From: Polyangiales bacterium
Lineage (GTDB): Bacteria; Myxococcota_A; Polyangia; Polyangiales; Polyangiaceae
Direction of reading: 5' to 3'
DNA length: 64,000 bases
NCBI GenBank assembly: GCA_038231275.1
Contig: JBBRLQ010000019.1
Coordinates: 1-64,000 of the forward strand
This document shows, in pieces, positions 54,428 through 64,000 of the stretch. The notes beneath the pieces are model-generated. The model worked only from the letters and a program-made list of their open reading frames with translations. It had not been told where the DNA came from and searched no databases. Made by a program: the position numbers and the translations under genes. Every line of letters starts with the position of its first letter. Position 1 is the first letter of the stretch.

Positions 54428-55987
54428 ATGAGCGAGTTCGCCCTCAAGACCGCGCTCCCCCCGTACTTGCGCGCGGAGCAGCAGCGGATCCAGAGTCTCG
54501 CCGCCGCCGAGGGGCTCGATTTCTTCCCGATCGTCTTCGAGATCCTCTCCTACGATCAGATGAACGAAATCGCGGCGTACGGCGGTTTTCCCAACCGTTT
54601 CCCGCACTGGCGCTTCGGCATGGAGTACGAGCGCCTCGCCAAGAGCTACGAGTACGGCCTCTCGAAGATTTACGAGATGGTCATCAACAACAACCCCTCG
54701 TACGCGTACCTCCTCGAGGGAAATTCGCTCGTCGACCAGAAGCTCGTGATGGCGCACGTCTGCGGGCACGTCGACTTCTTCAAGAACAACTACTGCTTCC
54801 GCGCGACCGACCTCGACACCGGCGGCCGGACGGTGGACCCGGCCGTACGACGGCTCGACTACGATCCGAACCGCCGCTGGATCGACAAGATGGCCAACCA
54901 CGGCTCGCGCATGCGGCGGCACGTGGCGCGGATGGGCATCAACAAGATCGAAGAGTTCGTCGATCACTGCATGAGCCTCGAGAACCTCATCGACCCCCAC
55001 GCCCCGTTCCACGGTCGGCGGGCGGTGAAGGACGTCGACGCCGAGGAGACGGCGACCGAGATCCCGCGCCTCAAGTCGAAGGACTACATGGAGTCCTTCA
55101 TCAACCCCGAGGAGTACCTCGAGGAGCAGCGCAAGAAGATCGCCGAGGAGAAAGAGAAGGCGAAGAAATTCCCCGAGCACTCCGAGCGCGACATCCTGAA
55201 GTTCTTGATGGACCACGCGCCGCTCGAGCGCTGGGAGCGCGACGTCCTCGAGGTGATCCGCGAAGAGGCGCTCTACTTCGTGCCGCAGATGCAGACCAAG
55301 ATCATGAACGAGGGCTGGGCCAGCTACTGGCACTCCAAGCTCATGACCACCAAGGTCCTCGATGCGAGCGAGATCATCGACTACGCCGACCACAACGCCG
55401 GCGTCATGGCGACCAGCAAAGGCCAGCTCAATCCCTACAAGCTCGGCGTCGAGCTCTATCGCAACATCGAGGAGCGCTGGGACAAGGGGCAGTTCGGCAA
55501 GGAGTGGGAGGACTGCGACGACCTCGACTCCAAGAAGAACTGGAATTTGCGGCTGGGGCTCGGCAAAAAGAAGATCTTCGAAGTGCGTGCACTCTACAAC
55601 GACGTGACGTTCATCGACGAGTTCCTCACGCCCGAGTTTTGCCGCGAGCAGAAGCTCTTCTCCTTCGCGTGGAGCAACCGGAACGAGCGCTACGAGATCG
55701 AGACGCGCGAGTTCAAGCAGGTCAAAGAGAAGCTGCTCTTCCAGCTCACGAACGCCGGCAACCCGTTCATCTACGTCGAGGACGCGAACTTCGAGAACCG
55801 CGGGGAGCTGCTCCTCCGGCACGATCACCAGGGGATGGACCTGAAGGCCGACTACGCGCGCGAGGTCATGAAGAGCCTCGTGCGCGTGTGGAAGCGGCCC
55901 GTGAACGTGACGACGGTGGCCGAAGGCAAAGGCGTCATGCTGCGGTTCGACGGGCGCGAGCACACGACGCGTCACCTGAAGCCATGA
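54428..55987 (+). CDS. spoVR: SpoVR/YcgB family protein
   Basis: [44 protein letters not shown]. Confidence 0.95.
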   Translation: MSEFALKTALPPYLRAEQQRIQSLAAAEGLDFFPIVFEILSYDQMNEIAAYGGFPNRFPHWRFGMEYERLAKSYEYGLSKIYEMVINNNPSYAYLLEGNSLVDQKLVMAHVCGHVDFFKNNYCFRATDLDTGGRTVDPAVRRLDYDPNRRWIDKMANHGSRMRRHVARMGINKIEEFVDHCMSLENLIDPHAPFHGRRAVKDVDAEETATEIPRLKSKDYMESFINPEEYLEEQRKKIAEEKEKAKKFPEHSERDILKFLMDHAPLERWERDVLEVIREEALYFVPQMQTKIMNEGWASYWHSKLMTTKVLDASEIIDYADHNAGVMATSKGQLNPYKLGVELYRNIEERWDKGQFGKEWEDCDDLDSKKNWNLRLGLGKKKIFEVRALYNDVTFIDEFLTPEFCREQKLFSFAWSNRNERYEIETREFKQVKEKLLFQLTNAGNPFIYVEDANFENRGELLLRHDHQGMDLKADYAREVMKSLVRVWKRPVNVTTVAEGKGVMLRFDGREHTTRHLKP

Positions 55988-55996
55988 GACCCGGGC

Positions 55997-56422
55997 ATGG
56001 CCGTGGAGTTCATACGCGACAAGGAGCACTGGCTGCGGAGGTTCTCGCCGCACGAGTGGATCCGCGCGGCGATGGGAGAGATGAAGCGGGCGGAGCAGGC
56101 GTACGCGCGGCGGAGCGTGAGGGCAGGGCTCGCGGGGGCGCGGCGCGCCGCGGGGATGGCGTTAAACGGTGCGCTCGTCGTGGCGCCGAACGACGCGTGG
56201 GGGCGCACGTACATCGAGCACTTGATGGCGCTGAAGACGTCGGAAGGGGCGCCGGAGGCGGTGCGAAAGGCGGCGGCGCTGCTGATGGAGGCCGCGCCGC
56301 TGTCGAACCAGCTCGTGATTTTGCGCAGCAAGGATCAGGACACGCGCGTCCTCGAGGCGGCGCGCGACGTGATGGCGCACGCGTATGCGATCGTGGTGAG
56401 GCATGAGTCGGCGGAGAGCTGA
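55997..56422 (+). CDS. Hypothetical helical protein, HEPN-like
   Basis: W..A...A....A...ARRAAGMALNGAL pattern similar to the HEPN N-terminal helices. Confidence 0.55.
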   Translation: MAVEFIRDKEHWLRRFSPHEWIRAAMGEMKRAEQAYARRSVRAGLAGARRAAGMALNGALVVAPNDAWGRTYIEHLMALKTSEGAPEAVRKAAALLMEAAPLSNQLVILRSKDQDTRVLEAARDVMAHAYAIVVRHESAES

Positions 56423-57542
56423 GCTCGTCGCGGTGGTCGTCGCGCTCGCAGCGATCGCCTGTCATCCCGAGCCGCAGCCGAGGGACCCCCTCTCGATTCC
56501 GACTCCGACTCCGACTCCGACTCCGACTCCGACTCCGACTCCGAGTCCGACTCCGACGGCAGACGCGGCGCCGCTGCCGCCTCCGCGGCCGACCACGTTG
56601 CCCCTCGCAAAGGCGGGCGGCGACAAGGTCGACGAGCTGCTGCTCGCGGGAGACAAAGCATTCGAGGCGAACGACATCGCCGAAGCGCTCAGGCACTACA
56701 AAGCCGCAGCTGCCGCAGGGCCCAAGCGGCCGGGACCCGTCGTCGGGGCGGCGCGGGTGCGGATCGCGAAGGTCAGCGCGGCGATGGATTTCGCGGCGGC
56801 GAAGGGGAACGCGGAGGTGCTCGCCGCGTCGCGCGACTTGAAGCGCGCGACGCAAATGGAGCCGGGGTACGGGCCTGCGCAGGTCGAGCTCGGGCGCGCG
56901 CTCCTCTTGCTCGGCGATGCGGCGGGCGCGATCGACGCGCTCAGGAAGGGCGCGCAGCTCATGCCGCAAGAGGCCGAGGCGCACTCGGCGCTGGGTGTCG
57001 CGCTGCTCGCGACGGGAAAGAAAGACGAGGCGACCGGAGAGCTGGCGAAGGCCGCGGAGCTCGACGCCGGGAGCGCGCCACGTCATGGCAACCTGGGGAC
57101 GGTGCTCTTCATGGTGGGGCGCGTCGCCGAGGCGGTGCGCGAGTACGAGACCGAGGTGCGGCTCGCCGATGGAGACGCGCGCGCGCACTCCGACCTGGGC
57201 ACCGCGCTGCTCGCGCAGAACGAGCTCGTGCGCGCGTCACGCGAGCTGGAGCGCGCGGTGCAGATCGATCCCGCTCGCGCGACGTTCCGTTCGAACCTGG
57301 GGTACGCGCTACAAATCCAGGGAAAAACCACGGAGGCCATCGCGCAGTACCGCGAGGCCATCAAGATCGATCCGAAGCTCGGGAGCGCGTGGATCAACCT
57401 CGCCACCGCCCTCGCGCGCGATCCGAAGACGCGCAAAGAGGCGCGCGACGCGCTCGAGAAGGCGCGCCAGCTGGACCCGACGGATCCGCGCGTGAAGGCG
57501 AACGTCGAAGAGCTCGACGCCCTCGAAAAGGGCAAGCCGTAA
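56403..57542 (+). CDS. TPR-repeat lipoprotein with (PT)n linker
   Basis: Lipobox AIAC; about 7 TPR units (AHSALG, HGNLG, HSDLG, RSNLG). Confidence 0.88.
   Translation: MSRRRAELVAVVVALAAIACHPEPQPRDPLSIPTPTPTPTPTPTPTPSPTPTADAAPLPPPRPTTLPLAKAGGDKVDELLLAGDKAFEANDIAEALRHYKAAAAAGPKRPGPVVGAARVRIAKVSAAMDFAAAKGNAEVLAASRDLKRATQMEPGYGPAQVELGRALLLLGDAAGAIDALRKGAQLMPQEAEAHSALGVALLATGKKDEATGELAKAAELDAGSAPRHGNLGTVLFMVGRVAEAVREYETEVRLADGDARAHSDLGTALLAQNELVRASRELERAVQIDPARATFRSNLGYALQIQGKTTEAIAQYREAIKIDPKLGSAWINLATALARDPKTRKEARDALEKARQLDPTDPRVKANVEELDALEKGKP
56499..56558 (+). repeat. Coding (CCGACT)n array, about 10 units
   Basis: Read directly; encodes the PT linker. Confidence 0.9.
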
Positions 57543-57544
57543 TC

Positions 57545-57580
57545 GGGCACCGGCGTGGGCACGGGCGTGGGCACGGGCGT
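57545..57580. repeat. Intergenic 12-bp tandem repeat, 3 copies
   Basis: GGGCAC(C/G)GGCGT three times, right after the TPR stop codon. Confidence 0.85.
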
Positions 57581-57790
57581 TCGCGGGTCGCCAAACGGCG
57601 GGCGACTGTCAAGAGGCACGTTTCGCCATGGGCGCGTGCGGCTCTCCGTCCTTGACCCCTCGGCTATGGCCCCGTTAGGGTGGCCCAACTCCGAGTCGGA
57701 ACGGAGCCACAAATTCCTGAAGTTCCAGCAGTAGCGGTCCGATACGTACGCAGTAGAAGTGGCAATTGAAGCTGAAGTGGAGGCACTCCG

Positions 57791-58009
57791 ATGGCAGTGG
57801 GAAGGGTGAAGTGGTTCAACGACGAGAAGGGCTGGGGGTTCATCAAGCAGGATGAAGGCCCGGACGTGTTCGTGCACTACTCGCAGATCGCGGGGGAGGG
57901 ACGCCGTCGCCTTTTCGAGGACGAGCTCGTTGAGTTCGAAATCAAGGAGGGGCCGAAGGGCCTCCAGGCCATCAACGTGATGCGCCAGGAGGGTGCGCAG
58001 GCCAACTGA
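57791..58009 (+). CDS. Cold-shock protein
   Basis: GRVKWFNDEKGWGFI, DVFVHYSQI, GPKGLQA; RBS GGAGG. Confidence 0.95.
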   Translation: MAVGRVKWFNDEKGWGFIKQDEGPDVFVHYSQIAGEGRRRLFEDELVEFEIKEGPKGLQAINVMRQEGAQAN

Positions 58010-58185
58010 CCTGAACGCGCACGCCCTGCCGCCCATCTGAGTGGAGCGAAGCGCAGCGGAGCGAAACGCTCCTGACGGGAAGCGGTCATCTGAGCGCGCC
58101 TGGTTCTTCCTCTGCTTCAGAGGGGAGCCGGGCGCGACGCTTTTGTGGGTGGCCCATCTCCCACGACGTCTGCTGTACTAGGCCC

Positions 58186-58458
58186 ATGGTGCCCCGCCGT
58201 CGCCTCGCGAAGAAGCTCCTCGTCGCCTCCGTGGGCGTCGCCGCGGTCAGTTACGTGATGGCGTGCAACAAGCAACCCGTGGGCAACCTCGCGATGCCCG
58301 CCGCCGACGCCGCCGACATGCCGGCAGTCGGGAACCTCATGGCGCCTCCGCCTCCGCCGATCGACGCTTCTCCGACGCCGCGCGACATTCCTCCCGGCAA
58401 CCTCATGCCTCCGCCGCCGCCGCCGCTGCCAGACGCGGGCAAGCCGAAGGCGCGGTAG
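58186..58458 (+). CDS. Small Pro-rich lipoprotein with three GNL repeats
   Basis: Lipobox VMAC; VGNLAM, VGNLMAPPPPP, PGNLMPPPPPP. Confidence 0.65.
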   Translation: MVPRRRLAKKLLVASVGVAAVSYVMACNKQPVGNLAMPAADAADMPAVGNLMAPPPPPIDASPTPRDIPPGNLMPPPPPPLPDAGKPKAR

Positions 58459-58495
58459 CGTCCGTCTTCGCCTCGGGACCTCGCTCGGCGGGAAG

Positions 58496-59416
58496 TCAGA
58501 CGACCTTCGGGACGCTCTCCACGCCGAAGGTCTTGCCCTCGGGCTCGAACACGTGCGCCGAGATGTCCGTGATCTCTCCGTCGTTGTCACCGATCTCGTA
58601 GACGTTGAAGCCGGCCATTCGCCCCGCCTCTTCGTGATGAAGCGACGCGCTCGTGGCGCCGACGGCGAGCAAATTCCCCGCGCTCGTTGGGATGGCGCGC
58701 TGGATGCGGCGGTGGAGGTGGCCGTGGAGCACCATGCCGCGCGTGAGATCGCGCACGCCGGTCCAGAGGAGCGCGGCGTCGGAGAGGCCTTCGAGCGCCG
58801 ACTTCACGCGCGAGAGCGGGTTATGCGCGGGGTGGTGGAGGAGGACGATGGGGGTGCGCGATCGCACCTCGGGGTGGCGCAGCACGTCGCCGAGCGCCGC
58901 GATCTGCTTTTTGCCCAGCCGCCCCGCCGCGACGAACGGCAACTGCGGCACCGCGCTCGAGAGGCCGATGATCGCGACCGGCCCGCGAAGCTTCACGAAC
59001 GGGAAGCGCCCGACACCGACGTCGACCGCGAGCTCCGGCAGATCGCTCTTGATGTAGTCGGCGAAGTACGTCGAGAAGCGCTGCGACGTCATCGCGCCAC
59101 GCGTGTAGAGATCGTGGTTCCCCGGAACGACGCTCACGTGCTTCGGATCGAGGCCGAGATCCTCCTCGAGGAGGAGGCGCGCGGCCGCGAACTCTTCCTC
59201 GAGGGCCAGGTTCGTCAGATCGCCGGTGATGACGACCTCGTCGATGCCGAGCCGTTTGATCTCGCGCGCGATGGCGCGGACGTAGCTTGGCCGGTGGATG
59301 TGCTTCCGCTTGAGGCGCAGGTTGGCGTAGCCGGTGAGGCGCTTGTTCAAGAAGCGGAGCGGTGAGACCCCTTCGAGCGCGAGGATGTGCAAATCGGAGA
59401 GGTGGGCGATTTTCAT
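58496..59416 (-). CDS. Calcineurin-like metallophosphoesterase
   Basis: SDLH, TGDL, PGNHD, HH, HGHLH. Confidence 0.92.
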   Translation of the reverse strand: MKIAHLSDLHILALEGVSPLRFLNKRLTGYANLRLKRKHIHRPSYVRAIAREIKRLGIDEVVITGDLTNLALEEEFAAARLLLEEDLGLDPKHVSVVPGNHDLYTRGAMTSQRFSTYFADYIKSDLPELAVDVGVGRFPFVKLRGPVAIIGLSSAVPQLPFVAAGRLGKKQIAALGDVLRHPEVRSRTPIVLLHHPAHNPLSRVKSALEGLSDAALLWTGVRDLTRGMVLHGHLHRRIQRAIPTSAGNLLAVGATSASLHHEEAGRMAGFNVYEIGDNDGEITDISAHVFEPEGKTFGVESVPKVV

Positions 59417-60411
59417 GGGTCGTAGGCGCAGCGGAACCCGACGGTCGGCGCGCGCGAAGCGCTCATCTTGCCACGCGCAGCCCCCCTGACCCAAGCGGCG
59501 CCTTCGGCGAAAGAGCCGCCGCGGAACACGTGCCCCGGGCCGGTCGTCGGTCCTTTGGGGTTGACGAGCGGCTGGCCCGGCGCGGTCTCGGGGTAGCCGA
59601 AATTCTGGTCGTCGGTGTCGAACAAATCCCAGACCCACTCGGCGACGTTGCCGGCGAGATCGTAAATGCCGGCGCGCGTGGCGCCGTCAGGGAAGGAGCC
59701 GACCGGCGCGAGGCTCACGAAGCCGTCGCTCGCATCGGTCTCGTCCTGCGCGAGGGCGCCGTGGTTGCAGAGATGCGCGTTGTAGGCGTTGCCCCACGGG
59801 AACTGTCGCCCTTCAGGTCCGCGCGCGGCGAGCTCCCATTCGGCCTCGGTGGGGAGGCGTCCGTCGGCCCACGCGCAGTAACCGACGGCGTCTTGCCAGC
59901 TCACGTGGGAGACGGGGAGGGTGGGCCGGTCGTACCGAAAATCACCGGGCGGAAACGCCGGCGCCGCGCACACGCCTGCCGAAACACACCGCGCGTACGC
60001 CGCGACGGTGACCTCGGTCCGATCGAGATCGAAGTCGCTCAGGGTGACCGCGTGCGCGTGCCCTTCGGCGCGGAAGCCGTTCTGGAGGACGGCCTCACCG
60101 CAAAACGTCCGGAGCACCTCGCGCTCGCACATGTTGACGGCGCCTTGACCCTCGAGCTCGGTCGACCCCATGCGAAACGTCGCGCCGATGACGCGTGCTC
60201 GGCCTGCGCGCGGCGTCCGCAGTTGCACGACGCCGTGCGCGCGCGCTTCTTCGCGCGGCGCATCGAGAGAACGCCACACGTCCGCCGGTCGAATCGGTCG
60301 CTTGGCCTGCGCGTCACTTGCGCCGACGGCGATCGCGAGCGACAGCAGGGCCGCGCGCGCGACGAACCGAACGGCGAGATCGAAGGCGCGCATCGTTCGC
60401 ATCGTTCGCAT
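59413..60411 (-). CDS. SUMF1/FGE-sulfatase domain protein, exported
   Basis: FRMGS, TEVT, RLPTEAEWE, FPWG, DLAGNVAEW, RGGSF, GFRCA. Confidence 0.9.
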   Translation of the reverse strand: MRTMRTMRAFDLAVRFVARAALLSLAIAVGASDAQAKRPIRPADVWRSLDAPREEARAHGVVQLRTPRAGRARVIGATFRMGSTELEGQGAVNMCEREVLRTFCGEAVLQNGFRAEGHAHAVTLSDFDLDRTEVTVAAYARCVSAGVCAAPAFPPGDFRYDRPTLPVSHVSWQDAVGYCAWADGRLPTEAEWELAARGPEGRQFPWGNAYNAHLCNHGALAQDETDASDGFVSLAPVGSFPDGATRAGIYDLAGNVAEWVWDLFDTDDQNFGYPETAPGQPLVNPKGPTTGPGHVFRGGSFAEGAAWVRGAARGKMSASRAPTVGFRCAYDP

Positions 60412-60416
60412 GGGCC

Positions 60417-61862
60417 TCAGCCGGTGAGGATGCGCATCGGGTGCTCGAGCAACCCGCGCAGCTCGGCGAGGAAGGCGGCGCCGACGGCCCCGTCGATCAC
60501 GCGGTGATCGCACGAGAGCGTCATCGACAGCATCTTGCCGGGGACGACCACACCGTCTTTGACCACCGGGACGTCCCGGGTTTGGCCCACCGCGAGGATC
60601 GCTCCCTCGGGAGGGTTGATCACCGCAGAAAACGCGTCGATCCCGAACATCCCGAGGTTCGAGATCGAGAAGGTGCCGTTCGACATCTCCTCCGGCTTGA
60701 GCTTCTTCGCGCGCGCCCGCCCAGCGAGATCGCGGACCTCGCGCCCGATCGCGACGATCGTCTTCTGGTCGGCGTTGCGCACCACCGGCGTGACGAGCCC
60801 GTCGGGGATCGCGACGGCGACCGAGATGTCCACGCGCTTGTGGACGAGGATCGCGTCGCCCGCGAACTGCGCATTGCACTCCGGCACCCGCACGAGCGCC
60901 GTCGCGCACGCCTTGACGAGCAGATCGTTGACCGAGACCTTCGGCGGCCCGTCGCCCGTCGCCCCGCGTCCATCTCCGGCGCCGCGCGCGAGCTCTGCGT
61001 TGATGCTCTCGCGCATCTTCACGAGCGCCTCGGCGTTCACGTCGATCGTCAGGTAAAAATGCGGGACCGTCTGCTTCGACTCGACGAGCCGCCGCGCGAT
61101 CGTCTTGCGCATCATCGACAGCGGACGCACCTCGGGCTCGGCGAGCCCCGGCACTGCGAGTGGCGCGTGCGCCCCCGCCACTACCACCGCGCGCGACGCG
61201 TCGCCGTTCGCAGGCGCGGGGCTGGCCGCCGCCGCGGGTCCCGCAACGATCCGCTCCAGATCGCCCGCGACGATGCGCCCTCCGGGCCCACTCCCTGTCG
61301 CACCCTGCAGATCGATTCCGCGATCCCGCGCCGTCTTTCGGATGTAGGGCGAGGCCATGACGCGGCCATTTTCCCGCGTTGCCGCCGCGGGCGCATCCCG
61401 CTCGGTCCGCGTAAGCGGATTGCCCTTGTCTGCCGGAGCCGCCGCCACCCTCGGAGCCGGAGCCGGAGCCGGAGTCGGAGTCGCGGTCGGAGTCGGAGTC
61501 GGAGCCGGAGTCGGAGCCGGAGTCGCGGTCGGAGTCGCGGTCGGAGCCGGAGTCGCGGTCGGAGTCGGAGTCGGGGTCGCCGTCGGGGTCGCGGATTTTC
61601 CTGCGAGCGCCGAAATGTCCTCCCCCGCGTTCCCCAAAATCGCCACCGGCTGCCCCAGCTTCACCGTCGCCCCGGCCGGCACGAGCAGCTTCAGCAGCGT
61701 CCCCCGATCGAACGCGCGAAACTCCATCGTCGCCTTGTCCGTCTCGACCTCGGCGAGCAGATCGTCCACCTCGACCGCGTCGCCCTCCTTCTTGTGCCAT
61801 GCGGAGAGGACGCCCTCCTCCATCGTCGGCGACAGTTTCGGCATGTCCAGGATCTTTGCCAT
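60417..61862 (-). CDS. pdhC: Pyruvate dehydrogenase E2 dihydrolipoamide acetyltransferase
   Basis: Lipoyl ETDKA, E3-binding ASP..GSGPGGRI, DHRVIDGA. Confidence 0.95.
   Translation of the reverse strand: MAKILDMPKLSPTMEEGVLSAWHKKEGDAVEVDDLLAEVETDKATMEFRAFDRGTLLKLLVPAGATVKLGQPVAILGNAGEDISALAGKSATPTATPTPTPTATPAPTATPTATPAPTPAPTPTPTATPTPAPAPAPRVAAAPADKGNPLTRTERDAPAAATRENGRVMASPYIRKTARDRGIDLQGATGSGPGGRIVAGDLERIVAGPAAAASPAPANGDASRAVVVAGAHAPLAVPGLAEPEVRPLSMMRKTIARRLVESKQTVPHFYLTIDVNAEALVKMRESINAELARGAGDGRGATGDGPPKVSVNDLLVKACATALVRVPECNAQFAGDAILVHKRVDISVAVAIPDGLVTPVVRNADQKTIVAIGREVRDLAGRARAKKLKPEEMSNGTFSISNLGMFGIDAFSAVINPPEGAILAVGQTRDVPVVKDGVVVPGKMLSMTLSCDHRVIDGAVGAAFLAELRGLLEHPMRILTG
61452..61592 (-). 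repeat. Coding hexamer array in the E2 linker (TP/TA/AP)
   Basis: CGGAGT/CGGAGC/CGCGGT tandem units on the + strand. Confidence 0.85.
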
Positions 61863-61864
61863 GG

Positions 61865-62848
61865 TCAGCTCGCCCTCGTCATCAGGCGCTTCACCGCACC
61901 GATGACGCGATCGGGTTGGGGAATGCAAAGCTGCTCGAGCTTCGCGTTATAGGGCATGGGCACGTCGAGCGTGCTCACGCGCAGGATCGGCGCGTCGAGA
62001 TCGTCGAACGCGAGGCGCTGCACGCGATCGCTGACCTCGGCGCCGACGCCGCCGTACGGCCAGCCTTCGTGGACCACGACGCAGCGGTGGGTCTTCTGCA
62101 CGCTCGCGACGAGCGTGTCCTCGTCGAGCGGACGGAGGGACAAGAGGTCCACGACTTCGGCCGAGATGCCCTCCTTCTCGAGCGCCGCGGCCGCCTCGAG
62201 CGCGACGTGCGTGGTGCGCGAGTAGGCGACGATCGTGACGTCCTTCCCCTCACGGACGATTTTGGCCTTCCCGAGCGGGATCGCGTCCTGATCGTCGGGC
62301 ACGTCCCCTTTGACCCCGTAGAGCGTCTCCGACTCCATCACGAGGACGGGATTGTCGTCGCGGATGGCGGCCTTCATGAGGCCCTTCGCGTCGGCGGGGA
62401 AGGCGGGCGCGACGACCTTCAGACCCGGCACCGTCGCGTAGAAGTGCTCCATCGAGTGGCTGTGCTGGCTGCCGACCTGGCGGGCGCTCCCGTTGGGGCC
62501 ACGAAACACGATGGGGCAGGTGAACTGCCCGCCCGACATCTGCCGCACCTTCGCCGCGTTGTTCAAAATCTGATCGAACGCGACCGCGCTGAAGTTCCAG
62601 GTCATAAACTCGATGATCGGCCGAAGCCCCACCATGGCCGCGCCGACGCCGATCCCCGCGAATCCGCCCTCGGCGATCGGCGTGTCGATGACGCGCTTCT
62701 CCCCGAATTTTTCGAGCATCCCCTCGCTGACCTTGTACGCCCCCTGGTAGTGGCCGACCTCTTCGCCCATGAGAAAGACGCGGTCGTCCCGCTCCATCTC
62801 TTCGATCATGGCCTCGCGCAGCGCCTCTCGGTATCGCAGGTTTCTCAT
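61865..62848 (-). CDS. pdhB: Pyruvate dehydrogenase E1 beta subunit
   Basis: GEEVGHYQGAYK, DTPIAE, EFMTWNF, SQHS. Confidence 0.95.
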   Translation of the reverse strand: MRNLRYREALREAMIEEMERDDRVFLMGEEVGHYQGAYKVSEGMLEKFGEKRVIDTPIAEGGFAGIGVGAAMVGLRPIIEFMTWNFSAVAFDQILNNAAKVRQMSGGQFTCPIVFRGPNGSARQVGSQHSHSMEHFYATVPGLKVVAPAFPADAKGLMKAAIRDDNPVLVMESETLYGVKGDVPDDQDAIPLGKAKIVREGKDVTIVAYSRTTHVALEAAAALEKEGISAEVVDLLSLRPLDEDTLVASVQKTHRCVVVHEGWPYGGVGAEVSDRVQRLAFDDLDAPILRVSTLDVPMPYNAKLEQLCIPQPDRVIGAVKRLMTRAS

Positions 62849-62850
62849 GG

Positions 62851-63882
62851 TCAGCTCGCGAACGGCCCCGAGTAGGTCGTCTCTGCCAGGATCGAGACGT
62901 CGGGCTCCGGGCTCTCGTCGGCGAACTTCACCGCCTCCGCGACCTCGGCCTCGACCTCCTTCTCCATTTGCTCGAGACGCGGCTCGCCGTAGCCGTCGGT
63001 CGCCAGCTTCTGGCGTGCGCGGGTCAGCGGATCCTTCTTCTTGTGCTCCTCGAGCTCGTCCTTCGTGCGGTACTTCGCCGGATCGCTCATCGAGTGGCCG
63101 CGGAAGCGGTAGGTGCGTACCTCGACGAGGGTGGGAAGCGAGAGCTCTCTCGCGCGCTGGACCGCCTCGCCGATGCGCTTTTCGACCTCGAGCACGTCGT
63201 CGACGAAGAAGCGATCGCGATCGACGCCGTAGCCGAGCGCCTTCATCGACACGTCCTCGACGCTCATCGATCGCGAGAGGGGAGTGCCCATCGAGTATTC
63301 GTTGTTCTCGCAGATGAAGACGATCGGCAGCTTCCACAGCGCGGCGAGCGATAGCCCTTCATGGAACCCGCCAATGGACACCGCGCCCTCTCCGAAGAAG
63401 CAGAGGGTGACCTTGCCGTCCGCGCGGTACTTCGACGCGAAGGCGACGCCGGCGGCGAGCGGGATGTGCCCGCCGACGATGCCGTAGCCGCCGAGCATGT
63501 TGTTTTTGGCGTCGAAGAGGTGCATCGACCCGCCGAGCCCCTGCGAGCAACCGGTCTTCTTGCCCCACAGCTCGGCCATGAGCGTCTTGGGGCTCATCCC
63601 CTTGGCGAGGGCCATGCCGTGATCGCGGTACGTCGTGATGACGTAATCGTCGTGACGGAGCGCGGCCAAGGCGCCGACCGCTACCGCCTCCTGGCCGATG
63701 TACAGGTGCAAAAAGCCGCCGATCTTCCCCTCGGCGTAGGCGCGCGCGCACTCCTCTTCCACGCGGCGGATGAGGAACATTTGGCGATAGAGCCCGGCGA
63801 GCTTGTCGAGCTGGCCGCTCGGCTGGGTCAGCGGGACGAGGCTCTCCCGGCCTTCAGGAGCTGCGCGAGGTGCTTGATCCAT
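62851..63882 (-). CDS. pdhA: Pyruvate dehydrogenase E1 alpha subunit
   Basis: GFLHLYIGQEA, YRDH, GGSMH, TYRFRGHSMSDP. Confidence 0.95.
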   Translation of the reverse strand: MDQAPRAAPEGRESLVPLTQPSGQLDKLAGLYRQMFLIRRVEEECARAYAEGKIGGFLHLYIGQEAVAVGALAALRHDDYVITTYRDHGMALAKGMSPKTLMAELWGKKTGCSQGLGGSMHLFDAKNNMLGGYGIVGGHIPLAAGVAFASKYRADGKVTLCFFGEGAVSIGGFHEGLSLAALWKLPIVFICENNEYSMGTPLSRSMSVEDVSMKALGYGVDRDRFFVDDVLEVEKRIGEAVQRARELSLPTLVEVRTYRFRGHSMSDPAKYRTKDELEEHKKKDPLTRARQKLATDGYGEPRLEQMEKEVEAEVAEAVKFADESPEPDVSILAETTYSGPFAS

Positions 63883-64000
63883 TTCTGCGACCGAGGAGTC
63901 TAGACGATCTTCGCGGGCGTGTGGCGCCCGCAAAAAAGCGGGCCACGGCAGCTGCCGACGGGTCCTCGGGCGGCGAGCGTCGCGGGGCGCGGGCGACGCG

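Noticed and set aside
58058..58072. Hairpin GGAGCG-AAA-CGCTCC after csp as an intrinsic terminator
   Set aside because: Short stem with no U-tract; insufficient support.
59413..63337. ORFs 59413-61800 and 61865-63337 as fusions or frameshifted genes
   Set aside because: Off-frame extensions over pdhC and pdhA, as expected in high-GC DNA; each real gene has its own start.

Overview
High-GC chromosomal window whose gene content (four Hanks-type Ser/Thr kinases, two FHA-domain sigma54 enhancer-binding proteins, an ECF sigma cassette, many Cys-rich lipoproteins) points to a myxobacterium, probably Polyangiaceae/Labilitrichaceae-like (inference). About 62 credible CDS. Housekeeping genes (thiE, holB, hbd/crt, lepB, mtnA, lipA, pdhABC, csp, yeaH, spoVR) alternate with accessory signalling and secreted-protein cassettes. 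No rRNA, tRNA, CRISPR array, transposase or integrase was recognised. Most notable: (1) three unrelated secreted lipoproteins (a lambda-type lysozyme, an NlpC/P60-like hydrolase and an unknown protein) share a post-lipobox motif [ED]xV[GA]x[TE][SN]x[AY]L, and each lies downstream of a sigma54 -24/-12 match; (2) a kinase/FHA-EBP cassette has the same TGCAC-N7-GTGCA and GCATCTCGTGCA boxes upstream of both its putative target and the EBP; (3) at the left edge, a probable four-helix-bundle (IVS/Avd-like) gene has its RBS and start codon inside a perfect 21-bp inverted repeat, preceded by a structured leader with a 23-unit hexamer array and an inverted copy of it. Family names come from motif recognition by eye; no database searches were run. 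Start codons were re-chosen where the ORF track over-extends.
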